64,000 nucleotides of DNA from the human T2T-CHM13v2.0 reference genome, Homo sapiens (GCF_009914755.1 NC_060934.1), one strand, 5' to 3'. Positions 1 through 14,149 are shown, counted from the first letter of the stretch. Made by a program: numbers and translations. The notes: generated by a model not told the origin, from the letters alone.

Positions 1-188
<188 letters not shown>

Positions 189-382
189 TAGGATTTGACT
201 TTTAAAAAAATCAGTGAAAAAAAGAATTTTTTTTTTAACTTTTAGTCCTGCTGTGTTTCTTATTCTCCACCTTCGTTATGTAGCTTGTTTGGGATAGTCA
301 GATGGAACAGGGTATCAGGTGGCACATGTAAGTTTGTTTTCAACTGAAATGTTTGACAGCCTATTCCTTTCATCATGTACAG

Positions 383-476
383 GATCTATACATTGATCGT
401 CCTTTACCATATCTCATTGGGTCAAAGCTGTTCATGGAACAAGAAGATGTAGGTCTTGGAGAGCTGTCCAGTGAAG
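383..476 (+). CDS. WASHC2C: WASHC2 coding exon ([31 protein letters not shown]), phase 0-1
   Basis: tacag|GATCTA ... GAAG|gtac, 94 nt. Confidence 0.95.
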
Positions 477-630
477 GTACTTTTCTTCACCAAATAATTT
501 TATTCCTTAACATTTCTTTTTTATTTTAAAATAATTTCAAATTTTACATTAAAGTTTCAAGAATAGTTCAAAGAACTCTCATATACCCTTCACCTGGGTT
601 TACCAGTTAACATTTCACCACATTTGTTAG

Positions 631-1295
<665 letters not shown>

Positions 1296-1813
1296 CTGTG
1301 TGTGTTTTCTAAGAACAAGGACATCTCTTGTATAATCACAGTAGAATTACAAAGCCAGGATATTTTCCTGGACATAAGGGTATTATCCAATCTGCTGCTA
1401 TGTTCACATTTTGCCGTTTGTCCCAGTGACACCCTTTACAGTCTCTCTCTTTTGTTCTGTGGTCCGGGACTCAATCCAGGACCAGCCACCACATTTGGTT
1501 GTCAAATCTTCAGTTATCTTTTAATCTGATGCCATTTCTCAGCCTTTCTTTGCTTTTTATGACCCTGACATCTTTAAAGAGTACAAGCAAGTTTTTTTTT
1601 TATTTGTAATGAATAATTTTTGGGGGGAGAGATACTTCAAGACTACATAAATATGTAATTCCTCACCATAATGACACTTTCAATTCCAGTAAGTGGGTAT
1701 AGATGGTTTTATCAAGATCTCTGTGATGCTGTTGTATGGTGGTTTGTGATTTTGAGCTAAGGACATTTTCTTGTGAATATTGGTGTGGTGACCCTTATCT
1801 CTCTTCTCAACAG

Positions 1814-1875
1814 AAGGCTCTGTAGGCAGTGATCGTGGCAGTATTGTGGACACTGAGGAAGAGAAAGAAGAGGAG
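1814..1875 (+). CDS. WASHC2C: WASHC2 coding exon (EGSVGSDRGSIVDTEEEKEEE), phase 1-0
   Basis: aacag|AAGGC ... GAG|gtaag, 62 nt. Confidence 0.93.
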
Positions 1876-2754
1876 GTAAGGGCTGTTTGGTATGACCAGG
1901 TCACGGTGGGCAGCAAGCTTAATTTAAGATGGGCCTAGCAGGCTAAGTAAATAGCATAACTGTGAATTCGTAATCTGCTTCCATAAAGCTTTTAACAGTG
2001 ATAGAAGCCACATTCTGAGTTTTTTTTCCCAAGGGTTAGATTTCCTTTTTGCCTTATGTACAATAATAGGGAAAGCTGCTTTCATCTCTTCCACTATTAT
2101 CCTCTCTCCCACCTTGCCACCAAATATCTCTTTCACCCAATATATTTTTGAGAAGGGCAGCTTAGATGTTTTGGTGGAATCTCTGCCTGGGATATAGTCT
2201 TTGAGTATATTCCGTCTTTGAATAATTCTAAGGGAAAAAATCTACATTTAGAACTTTTGTAAACTATAAAACCTAGAGCAGGATATACCGAAAGCCACCA
2301 CTTACATTCTATTTTGCTGCTGCCGCTAGCGCTTTCATATCCACAGAGCATAATTTCATTTCCTTGTCTAGAGTTTGAGTCTGTGGGCCTTGACTACAGT
2401 TGAATCTGTAGTTGTTCTTTAGATGGGATATTCGTTATTGGAAAGGACACAGCCATGTTGCAGGAGAGTCCTCGAGTATGGGATTTCCGAAAGGAGACAG
2501 TGTTGTGTATGTGCTTTTCTCTTCTGGTTGGTCCCCCTTTCTGCACTCTCCCTGCCCGCCTTTCTTCCAGTCCTCCAAAGAAAAACCTGACAGCAGGAAA
2601 TGAGCTTTTCTTAAGTAACTTTCGTATAACAAAAGCAGTGCTCATTAGGGGAATCCCTTGCTTTTAGCCACCGATGTGGCACTTCTATGTGGCACTTCAT
2701 CAATAGTTGCTCGTAGCAACTATTGATGTCCCCTTCTTGGGCCTAATGAAGTAG

Positions 2755-3211
2755 TTATTTTTATTTTTTATTTTTATTATACTTTAAGTTTTAGGGTACA
2801 TGTGCACATTGTGCAGGTTAGTTACATATGTATACATGTGCCATGCTGGTGCGCTGCACCCATTAACTCGTCATCTAGCATTAGGTATATCTCCCAATGC
2901 TATCCCTCCCCCCTCCCCCCACCCCACCACAGTCCCCAGAGTGTGATATTCCCCTTCCTGTGTCCATGTGATCTCATTGTTCAATTCCCACCTATGAGTG
3001 AGAATATGCGGTGTTTGGTTTTTTGTTCTTGCGATAGTTTACTGAGAATGATGGTTTCCAGTTTCATCCATGTCCCTACAAAGGACATGAACTCATCATT
3101 TTTTATGGCTGCATAGTATTCCATGGTGTATATGTGCCACATTTTCTTAATCCAGTCTATTATTGTTGGACATTTGGGTTGGTTCCAAGTCTTTGCTATT
3201 GTGAATAATGC
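2755..3211 (-). mobile_element. Young L1PA (L1PA2-like) 3' end, ~450 bp, 5'-truncated
   Basis: Near-consensus L1 3'UTR (ttatactttaagttttagggtacatgtgcac...); GAG rather than ACA at the Ta-diagnostic site. Confidence 0.92.
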
Positions 3212-3592
3212 AAGGAAATAGAGACAGTATAGTCCAAAATGTAAAATAACACAAACTGACTTTCAGTAATTTAGTTAGTTAAATGTGCAACTCTTTAAAT
3301 CCAAAGGCAAGAGTTGAAAGTGCAGGTGATGTGAACAAATTGTTAGAGGCATTTAAGTGAACCACAAAAATTACATGTTAACTGGAACAACCCTTCACAA
3401 TATTGCCAGCTACCCAGCTTATCTGCACCTTGATACTTAAGGTGACCAGTAGTCAGTACAAAGAGACTGAGTGTCAGAGCTTTTTCTCCACTTGACATAG
3501 AATCAGCCTGCCCCAGAGACTTAGACCTGCAATCATTTCTGTGCTTCTAAGTAAAGCCCATTTAACAACAAAGCCTTTTCTTACCCATAAAG

Positions 3593-3640
3593 GAGTCAGA
3601 TGAAGATTTTGCCCATCACAGTGACAATGAACAAAACCAG
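3593..3640 (+). CDS. WASHC2C: WASHC2 coding exon (ESDEDFAHHSDNEQNQ), phase 0-0
   Basis: taaag|GAGTCA ... CAG|gtaag, 48 nt. Confidence 0.92.
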
Positions 3641-4127
3641 GTAAGGCTCATATATTGAAATGACTTTGTTTTTACATTTTAATTGAAGCATAGTATATAT
3701 ACTAAAATTACTTTGGAATGATTTATGACCAAGTGAGGATTTTTTCATGTATACAATTTATTTTCCTTTAAGCATTTCATGTATTTAGGCTAACTACCTC
3801 CTTTGTATATATTTTTTCCAATTTTGCTTTATAGTTTATTTTTCTTAGAAAAGAAGTTTCAAAGAAGTGAAAAGCACAATTGGAAAACAGAGCCTCTAAA
3901 AGAAGACTCAGTTACCCAAACTGAACTACTTTGCATGAGTCCCTCTTCTGTTTTAAAATTGGAGACAATCTAGCAGTAACATTATTGAGTATTCACAAGA
4001 TGAAAACTTCTTACCCTACTGTCTTAGCACGGTTATCTTAATTTTTGAATATCTAAAGGCGTATTCTTTTCATAGTGTGCATCGTTCATTTTCTGCCATT
4101 TTATGTTAACATTTTATAAATGTGTCC

Positions 4128-4449
<322 letters not shown>

Positions 4450-4582
4450 TAGCCTTTGCAGTTTGCGTTGTAAACTTCTATACTTTTAAACATACTGAGT
4501 ATGATACTGTCATAGTCTCTAAATGTATAAGGGAAAGAGTTTATTTCTAGAGTTGTATTTTTGATGTAATAATGTATTCAAT

Positions 4583-4878
4583 ATTTTCTTTTCTTTTTTT
4601 TGAGACAGAGTCTCGCTCTGTTGCCTAGGCTGGAGTGCAGTGGTGTGATCTCAGCTCAATGTAATCTCCGCCTACAGGGTTCAAGCGATTCTCATGCCTC
4701 AGCCTCCCTGAGTAGCTGGGACTATGGGTGTGTGGCACCATGCCCGGCTAATTTTTTGTATTTTTAGTGGAGTCAGGGTCTTCCCATGTTTCCCAGGCTG
4801 GTCTTGAGCTCAGGCAAACCACCCACTTTGCCCTCCCAGAGTACTGGGATTACAGGTATGAGCCACCACGCCCAGCCA
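4583..4878 (-). mobile_element. Alu (S/J)
   Basis: Full dimer; TSD aatattttc. Confidence 0.93.
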
Positions 4879-5265
4879 ATATTTTCATATATAGAAATCC
4901 TTTGCTTCGGTGAACTGTTTCTTCAGAATGAGGTGGTATAGAGTTATGTTAATAACTCTTAATGTCTGGTGGACATTCTAAATTAAGTATTATGCATGTA
5001 GATTTTCCTACAATCTCATCACTGGGGTGATTATTTTAAATTTCTTTTAGTTAAAAATTTGCATTTAAATTTCTTAACTGGGAAATATTTTTTTCACAAA
5101 AATGTTTAACTATCAAATGAAGGATTTTATACTTTCTGGTTGTTACTGTATTTTCCTGGTTGTATTCATAAATGTGGTTGATCTCTATAATTTTAACGAT
5201 CAGTCTTTCTTCATAGGATATTTGTTTCTATGGAATTTCCTATTAAGATCTGTAAATGCAAACAG

Positions 5266-5583
5266 TTTTTCTTTCCTTTTTTTTTTTTTTTTTTTTTTTT
5301 TGAGACAGAGTCTCTCTCTGTTACCCAGGCTGGAGTGCAGTGGCACGATATTGGTTCACTCCAACCTCCACCTCCTCGGTTCAAGTGATTCTCATGCCTC
5401 AGCCTCCCAAGTAGCTGGGATTATAGGCATGTGCCACCATGCCCAGCTAGTTTTTGTATTTTTAGTGGAGATGGGGTATCGCCATGTTGGCGCGGCTGGT
5501 CTTGAACTCCTGACCTCAGGTGATCCGCCTGCCTCAGCTTCCCAAAGTGTTGGGATTACAGGCGTGAGCCACCACGCCCGGCC
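5266..5583 (-). mobile_element. AluS
   Basis: Full dimer; TSD caaacagtttt. Confidence 0.95.
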
Positions 5584-6124
5584 ACAAACAGTTTTTCAAA
5601 AACAGTACAGTATAGTGAGTAAAAGCACTAGCTTATGCAACAGGTTGGTTTTGTGTGCTGCAGCTAACCTCAAAGTTGTAAGGATTAAATTAGATAATAA
5701 AGTGCTTTTAGTAACATGCCTGGCACAGTTCATTGATTCAAACATTGAAAAAAAATTTTTTTAATTATACATAGTAGTGTGTACCTTTGGAAAAATTAGA
5801 ACTTAACAGATAAGGCTAAGTTTGAGCCTTCCAGTCCTTTCCTTCTCTGCATACTCTTCAGAGGTAACTGGGATCATGCTCTGGGAGCATGTCATTCCAA
5901 GTCTGTTTCTTTGCTTTTATAAACACATCTGTTTCCATAGAAATGCTGTAGTGTTTGCAGAGGGGGCGGGGCTTGGTATCATCCTGGATTTGTTATTCTG
6001 CGCTTTTTTGCTTGACCTACCTTGGATGGCTCTCTAGTCATTACAGCTTTTACCTTTTAACTATTACTCAGTATTCTTACTAAGGTAAGACTATGCTGAT
6101 GATGTTTATATTTCTCTAGTAAAA

Positions 6125-6448
<324 letters not shown>

Positions 6449-6536
6449 TATTTCTCTAGTAACAGCCATTTTTGATATTTTAATATTCTGCTTTTTATAT
6501 TCTTGTTGTTACATTCTTATAAAGGATACATTTTTA

Positions 6537-6824
6537 GGCCGGGCTTGGTGGCTCACGCCTGTAATCCTAGCAGTTTGGGAGGCTGAGGCGGGTGGATCAC
6601 CTGAAGTCAGGAGTTCAAGACCAGCCTAGACAACATGGTGAAACCCCATCTCTACTAAAAATACAAAAAATTTGCTGGGCGTAGTGGTGCATGCGTGTAA
6701 TCCCAGCTACTCGGAAGGCCGAGGCAGGAGAATAGCATGAACTGGGCAGGCAGAGGTTTCAGTGAGCCGAGATCGTGCTGATGCACTCCAGCCTGGGCCA
6801 CAGAGCAAGACTCCATCTCAAAAA

Positions 6825-6833
<9 letters not shown>
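6537..6833 (+). mobile_element. AluS
   Basis: Full dimer with A tail. Confidence 0.95.
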
Positions 6834-6874
<41 letters not shown>

Positions 6875-6915
6875 ATATATATTTATATTTTATATATATT
6901 TTTATATATTTTTTT
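6833..6915. repeat. (TA)n microsatellite grown from an Alu tail
   Basis: atatatat... runs broken by T stretches. Confidence 0.95.
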
Positions 6916-7105
6916 TCTTAGATTCAAAGTAAATCTTGTGTATTATTTCTTCCAGCACATCTTTTGCTTCATAACTTGCTGCATCATGTTTATGATTATT
7001 ATTTTAAAAAGCTGTTACTTCTTTGAAGGAGGAGCCTAAAGGCTGACAGTATCTCTTCTTTAGCTTAATAACTAGTAGTTCTAATTTGGTATTTTATACT
7101 CTTAG

Positions 7106-7216
7106 CACACCACACAAACGAGTGATGAGGAAGAGGATGATGATGGCTGTGACCTTTTTGCTGACTCTGAGAAGGAGGAGGAAGATATTGAGGACATTGA
7201 AGAAAATACTAGACCT
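7106..7216 (+). CDS. WASHC2C: WASHC2 coding exon ([37 protein letters not shown]), phase 0-0
   Basis: cttag|CACACC ... CCT|gtaag, 111 nt. Confidence 0.95.
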
Positions 7217-7760
7217 GTAAGGAAGGCTGTAGTTGCTATCACTTGGCAGAGTTTTAGAACCAATGACTTGTTTTTCTTTTTATTGTGACTTACTTTGTAC
7301 ATCACTCATTTTGGCATATTTGTCATTTCATTTACACTTTGGAAAATAATGGCAAGCATCTCAAATTGCCTCACAAGTACCACTTTCTTGTCCAGATGTT
7401 ATGATTTTATGAGTCAGATCATTCAGAATATGTCTAGTTCCAGAGTTTGAAGACCATAGTGCTCCTGTCTCTCCACCCATTCACCTTTTTCTTATTTTCG
7501 TATTTAGATTTTTAAGTATTAAAGTCAAGTATTAAAAAGAATAAGGAAATAAAGGGCATCTCCCTTTGAAGGAACATTTTATGAGTCCTATTCCTTGGGT
7601 GAGCTGTATAGGGTACATATGTTTAAATTCATTTAATTAAACTCTGTTTTCTCCTCAGTTCAATTTCTTTGCTCTTGTATACATAATGTTGTTAGGTGTC
7701 CAAAGTGAAGTGTACTAGTTTGTTACAAAAAAGCGATTCTTTTGATTTCTCCTGCTGTAG

Positions 7761-7848
7761 AAAAGAAGCAGACCTACATCGTTTGCAGATGAGCTGGCTG
7801 CCCGCATCAAGGGGGATGCCATGGGTCGAGTGGACGAGGAGCCGACAA
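7761..7848 (+). CDS. WASHC2C: WASHC2 coding exon ([29 protein letters not shown]), phase 0-1
   Basis: tgtag|AAAAGA ... ACAA|gtgag, 88 nt. Confidence 0.95.
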
Positions 7849-8491
7849 GTGAGCCCCAGCCGCGTTGATGGGGAGTAGGGGAGGAGTAGTGCAGGGCCCT
7901 CTGCTGGCTTCACCAAAGGCGGATTTCTCTTTTTATTAGTAATTACTACATATATTTATTAGTAATTGCTACATATAATTTAAATTGTAGCGCTTATTCC
8001 TTTTTTGGTTAATGGGCTCCTTTAGATAACTGAACACTGTGGACCCACAAGAAAAACGTACATGTACACATGTAGATAACCCTTTACATATAATTTCAGG
8101 GGATTAATGGAAACTCCAGAGAACCATGGGCAACAGCTTAAGAATTCCTGGCTGAATATTTACTCCTATATTTTGAACACGTAAGAATGTGCTATATAGC
8201 ATATTCTAGTTATAACAGGGTAGAAAGATAACACAATAATTCTTTCAACAAATACAATCCTGTTATGCACATGAGCCTGGTACGAAAGCAGAAGCCTTCT
8301 GCCTTACAAAGAGACTCTTGAGTGCCCACTGTGGGCAGGGCCAGGGGGTTCAGTGCTCTGGTGCAGCTGAGATGAAAGGCAGATGTCTTGCTCTTAGCTG
8401 TGAGTTATGAGGATGACAGACGTGGAAAGAACCAGGATGTGTATACTGAGGGAGGACTTAGTACTATTAAAACTGTGAACTGTTCTTCAAG

Positions 8492-8563
8492 CCTTACCCT
8501 CAGGAGAAGCAAAACCTCGGAAGACACTCAAAGAGAAGAAGGAAAGGAGAACTCCTTCAGACG
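8492..8563 (+). CDS. WASHC2C: WASHC2 coding exon ([24 protein letters not shown]), phase 1-1
   Basis: tcaag|CCTTA ... GACG|gtggg, 72 nt. Confidence 0.92.
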
Positions 8564-8705
8564 GTGGGCCTTTTCCCTCAATTCTGTTATTTTAGGAGCC
8601 TGTTGACTAAGGAATGTTGCTTACATAATTCATGAAGTACTGCTTTACATGCTGTTTTCCCTCTGACAAATGGGTCTGTCTCCATTTACTTTTCTAAAGC
8701 CTCTG

Positions 8706-9132
<427 letters not shown>

Positions 9133-9597
9133 TTAGGAATCTCAAGCATTTGTTTTCAATAAAGGATACACCAGGCCTTTTCCTGCAAACAGCCATGTCG
9201 ATTACATTAGACTTGTCCCTGTGTCAGTTTGCAGATCCCTTTGTTTATTCTGCCCTTCCTTCCCCCAGATTGGTTGGGGAATGGGTCTTGAATGTGGCGT
9301 CTGACCCGAATGCTTGCTTCAGAGTAAATCTAGATCCAGGGTGCTGGCCTAGAGAATGAATGCTGTGTGCCACAGACGTGGACAGACTTGAGAGTGGAGG
9401 CCCAGAGAGTCTTTTGAGGGTGTCAGTGGACTGTGCCAGGGGTTTAGTGTGAAATTCATCAGACTGCCTCACACTTTGTTAAATAGTGTCAGATAAACTC
9501 CATGCCAGTTTGGAGACACAGCAGATGCCAACCCGGGAATTTGAGTTCTGGACCCATCTTTAATACTCCCTGCAAAACATTGCTTTCTGTTTGCTAG

Positions 9598-9716
9598 ATG
9601 AAGAGGATAACTTATTCGCACCCCCCAAGCTGACCGACGAGGACTTCTCGCCATTTGGCTCTGGAGGTGGCCTGTTCAGTGGCGGCAAGGGGCTATTTGA
9701 TGATGAGGACGAGGAG
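9598..9716 (+). CDS. WASHC2C: WASHC2 coding exon ([40 protein letters not shown]), phase 1-0
   Basis: gctag|ATGAA ... GAG|gtgag, 119 nt. Confidence 0.96.
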
Positions 9717-10189
9717 GTGAGTCCATGGCACCCAGCAACACTCCCTGCAGCTAGCTGTGTCAGGGGTCCACAGGGAAGATATAGGCTTTGCTTGTTTAGT
9801 GGGGGAAAAACAGTTTCTCAGTTGGAAGTTGCTTCTATTTTCATATTTTGGGACATTTTGAACTAAGAATCACAGAGTGAGAAATGCCGTATCCTTCTAT
9901 GCTTTGTTAGGTGAGGAGAAGATGTGCACGTGTTAATGTGAATAATTTACTAGGTGATTGTTTCTTGCCTTATCTGTTGTCTTCCACGTTTGTTTTTAAT
10001 TCCTGGACAGGCCTAAATTATTTTAGGGTCTGATTTTGCCATAGTTATCACTTTGCAACTGATTTTCTGGCAGAGTAGTAAATATGTAGCTTTAAATCTT
10101 GTAGGTTATTTTTCCTTAGGAATCCTCACATGCAGCTATGCTTTCTCCTGGTTTTTTGAATTCTTTGTCATATACCTTATTTCAACCAG

Positions 10190-10247
10190 AGTGACCTCTT
10201 CACGGAAGCCCCCCAGGATCGGCAAGCTGGAGCCTCTGTTAAGGAGG
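10190..10247 (+). CDS. WASHC2C: WASHC2 coding exon (SDLFTEAPQDRQAGASVKE), phase 0-1
   Basis: accag|AGTGAC ... GAGG|gtaag, 58 nt. Confidence 0.94.
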
Positions 10248-10633
10248 GTAAGCTGGGGCTGGGCAGCTGCGTCTCCGTGTGCAGAGTTCCAAAACTGTCT
10301 TTCTCACTAGGAGATGGAACAAGGTTGTTCCCAAGCCTTGTTTCTGTGTTAAGCAAGAAGCTGTTGTTTTTACTGCGGTCCAGTTGAAAGTAATTCATCT
10401 TCACTAATTCATGTCTTGGAAAAAACAGTACCATCTGTAAACCCATACCACAGTCTTGCCTCTTTGTTAGGAGAGAACTCATAGAAAGTCAAACAAGAAA
10501 AGTACCCTAGAGCAATGTTGAGGATGGTTTTCATTGAATGAAGTTTAATTTAAAGAAACATTTTTAACATTCTGTATATAAGTTGGAGACCAGTAATTCC
10601 CCAACCCAGTGTGCATTAAAATCATCTGTGCAG

Positions 10634-10797
10634 GTTTTTTTGTTTTTTTGTTTTTTGTTTTTGTATTTTTAGTAGAGACAGGGTTTCACCATGTTGGACG
10701 GTTGGACAGGCTGGTCTTAAACTCCTATCCTCAAGTGATCACCCGCCTAGACCTGGCAAAATGCTAGGAATACAGGCATGAGCCACTGCACCTGTCC
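10634..10797 (-). mobile_element. Alu left-arm fragment
   Basis: gtatttttagtagagacagggtttcacc...gagccactgcacc. Confidence 0.85.
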
Positions 10798-11495
10798 CCT
10801 TGGTGCAGTTTTTAAAAAACACAAATATAAATATGTTTTTTTTTTTTTTCTTTTTTTTTAACCTACAAATGTTACTCAATAGGTTTGTGGTAGTTCTTGG
10901 GACTTGGGAATTAGTGATTCTAAGTGCCGAGTCTCCCGGGCGCAGGCATCAGAGCTGGGCCTTGGAGGCCGCTCCTTGTGCCTGCTGTGCGGGCTGCTAG
11001 CCTGGCTCTCCTCTGCTTTCTGCTGTCCATGTTTTGGCATCAGTGACTTGCTTGGTTTCCCCCTTTGCTCTTATGTCTTTATTTTTTTACTGATGACTCA
11101 CATGTTTTTGCGGTTCTTTTTCACCCGTTCATTCTCATCCAACTGGAATGGGTAGAGGTGGAACTGTTTGGGGGAGCCCCGGTCATGCTGTCCCTGCCTC
11201 TGCTGTGCTCACCTCCTCCCTTGGTGTCCCCCAGCTGACCCACTGCTGTGGCTTGATGACGGTCAGCATGCTCTTCCATTTGAGTCACAGCTCAGATTGT
11301 GTTAATCCCAAAAAAAAAGTCCTGACATCGGTAGAGAAGAAAATACTAAGGAATTTTAAAATGGCTTGTTCAGGAAAAAGTAGTTTCAAAAGGTCTGGTA
11401 CTAGCTGTGTGTTACATTGCACGTATTTCAGGAAGAAAATAGCAAGGAAAGTTATTTCCCTTGTAAAATGGTTACCCCTTGCTTTCTCATTCTAG

Positions 11496-11555
11496 AGTCT
11501 TCATCATCCAAACCTGGAAAGAAAATCCCAGCAGGAGCTGTTTCTGTATTTTTAG
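11496..11555 (+). CDS. WASHC2C: WASHC2 coding exon (ESSSSKPGKKIPAGAVSVFL), phase 1-1
   Basis: tctag|AGTCT ... TTAG|gtaac, 60 nt. Confidence 0.94.
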   Translation, partial: SLHHPNLERKSQQELFLYF

Positions 11556-11945
11556 GTAACATAACTTAGGTTTGTTTTCTAAAAACTACACAAATACTGT
11601 TTTTTGCATTTCAAAATTATCATCTTCTAAAGTCTGGCTGGAGATGAGGAAGTACCTGGGAGCTTCAAAGGGCTTTGAGCATCTTATAGAAAGAGCTCAT
11701 TTACTGATATTAGCTCTTATTCTCCTAGAGCTCAGTGGCCTTGGACTTTTTTGTGTTTGAGCGACCTGGTGATTCTCCGTTGTGAGATGTTCTGTAGCAG
11801 TAATGGATGGAGGCTATTGGGCCCTGTTATGCATTTTGTGGATTAACTGAAATGGAAAGTTTTTGGTGGGTGATAATTTTTTTCTGTAAATTCAACCGGC
11901 CCACACTGGCTCACAGCTGTGGCTGTCTTGTCCCTTCACTCACAG

Positions 11946-12125
11946 GAGACACGGATGTGTTTGGTGCTGCCTCCGTTCCATCACTGAAGGAGCCACAGAA
12001 GCCTGAGCAGCCCACTCCAAGGAAAAGCCCCTATGGTCCCCCTCCCACTGGCCTCTTTGATGATGATGATGGTGATGATGATGACGACTTTTTCTCGGCA
12101 CCCCACAGCAAACCTTCTAAAACAC
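11946..12125 (+). CDS. WASHC2C: WASHC2 coding exon ([17 protein letters not shown]...[25 protein letters not shown]), phase 1-1
   Basis: cacag|GAGAC ... ACAC|gtatgt, 180 nt. Confidence 0.95.
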
Positions 12126-12649
12126 GTATGTGTTCCTGCCTCCGTTTCTAGGACTTCAGCCAGAAAAAGAATGTTGCCTAAAAAGAACATAAGCTCACCT
12201 AGTTCTGTATCTCTTACAGTGCCAGAATCCCTTCTCCAGCATTCCTGTCATTGAGTTGTTGTGTCTGTACTTACATAGGTGTGGTGCCTGGGAGGTCTGT
12301 TTTATGACCCAATCTTTTCTGCTCTGTAAGCTAATTACTATGATTATTTTCCTTATAGAGAGCTGAAATCCTTTTCTGTATAATTTTTGCTTGCAATTTC
12401 CAGTTCTGACCTTTGGTATTGTAAAGTTTTAATCATCCTTTCTTCCAGCCGACCTTAGTCAATTACATGAGGAGCAGGTTGTGTGCCGGCCATTTATTTC
12501 CCAGCTTCTCATTTCTCTGCCAAAAAGCTCAGGTGGCCTTGGTCTTTCCTCAGATGATGTTTTCATCCCCTTGGCCACTTTGGCATTCTCCTCTCTTTTC
12601 CTCTTAAATGTAAGTCCTATGTCCTGAAGTCATTCCCATAAATCATTTG

Positions 12650-12785
12650 TTTTTAAATGTGCAGATGAATCTTCCAGGGGCTTTTGTCAAAATGAAGATT
12701 CCGATTCAGTAGGTCCAGGGTGGGGCCTGAGAATTTACATTTCCAGCAAGCTTCATGGTCTGTAGATCACACTTCGAATAGCAAG
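12650..12785. mobile_element. MER5A (hAT-Charlie) fragment
   Basis: gattcagtaggtccagggtggggcctgagaatttacatttccagcaagc. Confidence 0.75.
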
Positions 12786-13035
12786 ACTTAGATCCATTGA
12801 CTGCTCTTCCAGAAAAGAAAGGTAGATCCCTAGATCCCTAAGGTGCACATGATTTTCAGCAACTTTAAAAAATAAAAAAGGATGGCATAGGAATGGATGG
12901 AACTAGAATGCATTTAGAAGCCGGCTGTCTGGACTCACTCTCTTCCAGTGTTAGGTGTAGAAAGTAAGGATGGAAGCCGAAGTGTGAGGGAAAACGATAG
13001 CCTAGTTAATCTAGAAAGAGTGCAAACGGATGCAG

Positions 13036-13091
13036 AATGCACACAGGTCTCAGTGAAGATGACAATGCACACAGGTCTCGGTGAAGATGAC
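13036..13091. repeat. 28-bp tandem duplication (2 copies, 1 mismatch)
   Basis: aatgcacacaggtctc(a/g)gtgaagatgac x2. Confidence 0.95.
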
Positions 13092-14021
13092 AGTGAATGA
13101 AGGTAGTAGTGCTTTTTGTAGCTCCACAGGGCTCTTACTTAGTGGATATCTTTGAGAACTGATTTAGAATCCCTAGTAAATTGATGCTGCTTTCTTTGAC
13201 AACTCCTAGTCTCTTCAGACATTCATGAGTCAGTGACCTCATTTCAGCAACACATGCCCTATTCGGTACAGCAGTGCTTATGGTGATGAAAGGTTGGAAA
13301 CCACCCAAATACTTATCAGTAGAGTAAGCTATGGCCCTTCTATTCAGTGGACTATTCTGTGACAGTTAAAAAGAAAGGGGTCTACGCTTGTTGACTTGGG
13401 AAGATTTTGTAGGTACATTGAGTGGAAAACACAAATGGTAAGACATTGTTCAAATTATCTTCTTATTTATAGCCTTATTTATAAATAACTAGTGTTAATT
13501 CATTAGTACATCCTTTGGGGGAATTAGAAGCATGTATGCTGAACTGTTCCCAATGTTCATCTTGTTTGAGTAGACTGGTGGAATTATGAGGGGATTTCAT
13601 TATTTGCTTTTATCTGCTTTTGTACAGTTTGATTTTTTTTAAAGCAGGAGCCAAGCCTTCATTTCTCAGATTCCTTAGATGATTGACTTGGTGGCCCTCT
13701 TAAATGATCTTTCTTCCTCTAGATCTCTCTTCACCTTGTAAGCCAGTCCAAGCTACTCTAAGCACAGGAAATGGCTGCTTGGATAAGCATGTCAGCCACG
13801 TGGATAAACTATCTGTTCTGTCTTTCAACTGAACTGCTACTATGCACTTTGAAAAATTCCAAGGGAAGAGTATAGTTCCACTTACTATTTCTTTATAACT
13901 AATCAAGAAACAACATAACTTTTTATGTTTATTCTTTGGGAGGGAAGAATTTTTTAATCTGTGAATTTTGTGATAGGATGTTTGACGTTAGTGTCATTTT
14001 ATGCCTTGGTATTTTTTACAG

Positions 14022-14149
14022 GCAAAGTCCAATCCACTGCCGATATCTTTGGTGACGAAGAAGGAGATCTGTTCAAAGAAAAAGCCGTAGCATCGCCAGA
14101 AGCCACTGTGAGTCAGACAGATGAAAATAAAGCAAGAGCAGAAAAAAAG
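14022..14149 (+). CDS. WASHC2C: WASHC2 coding exon ([43 protein letters not shown]), phase 1-0
   Basis: tacag|GCAAA ... AAG|gtgag, 128 nt. Confidence 0.95.

Noticed and set aside
5102-5764. 220-aa ORF and the many similar ORFs with LECSG..., PPPPGFK... or MAHACNPS... peptides
   Set aside because: They are translations of Alu sequence, with no splice or protein-family support.
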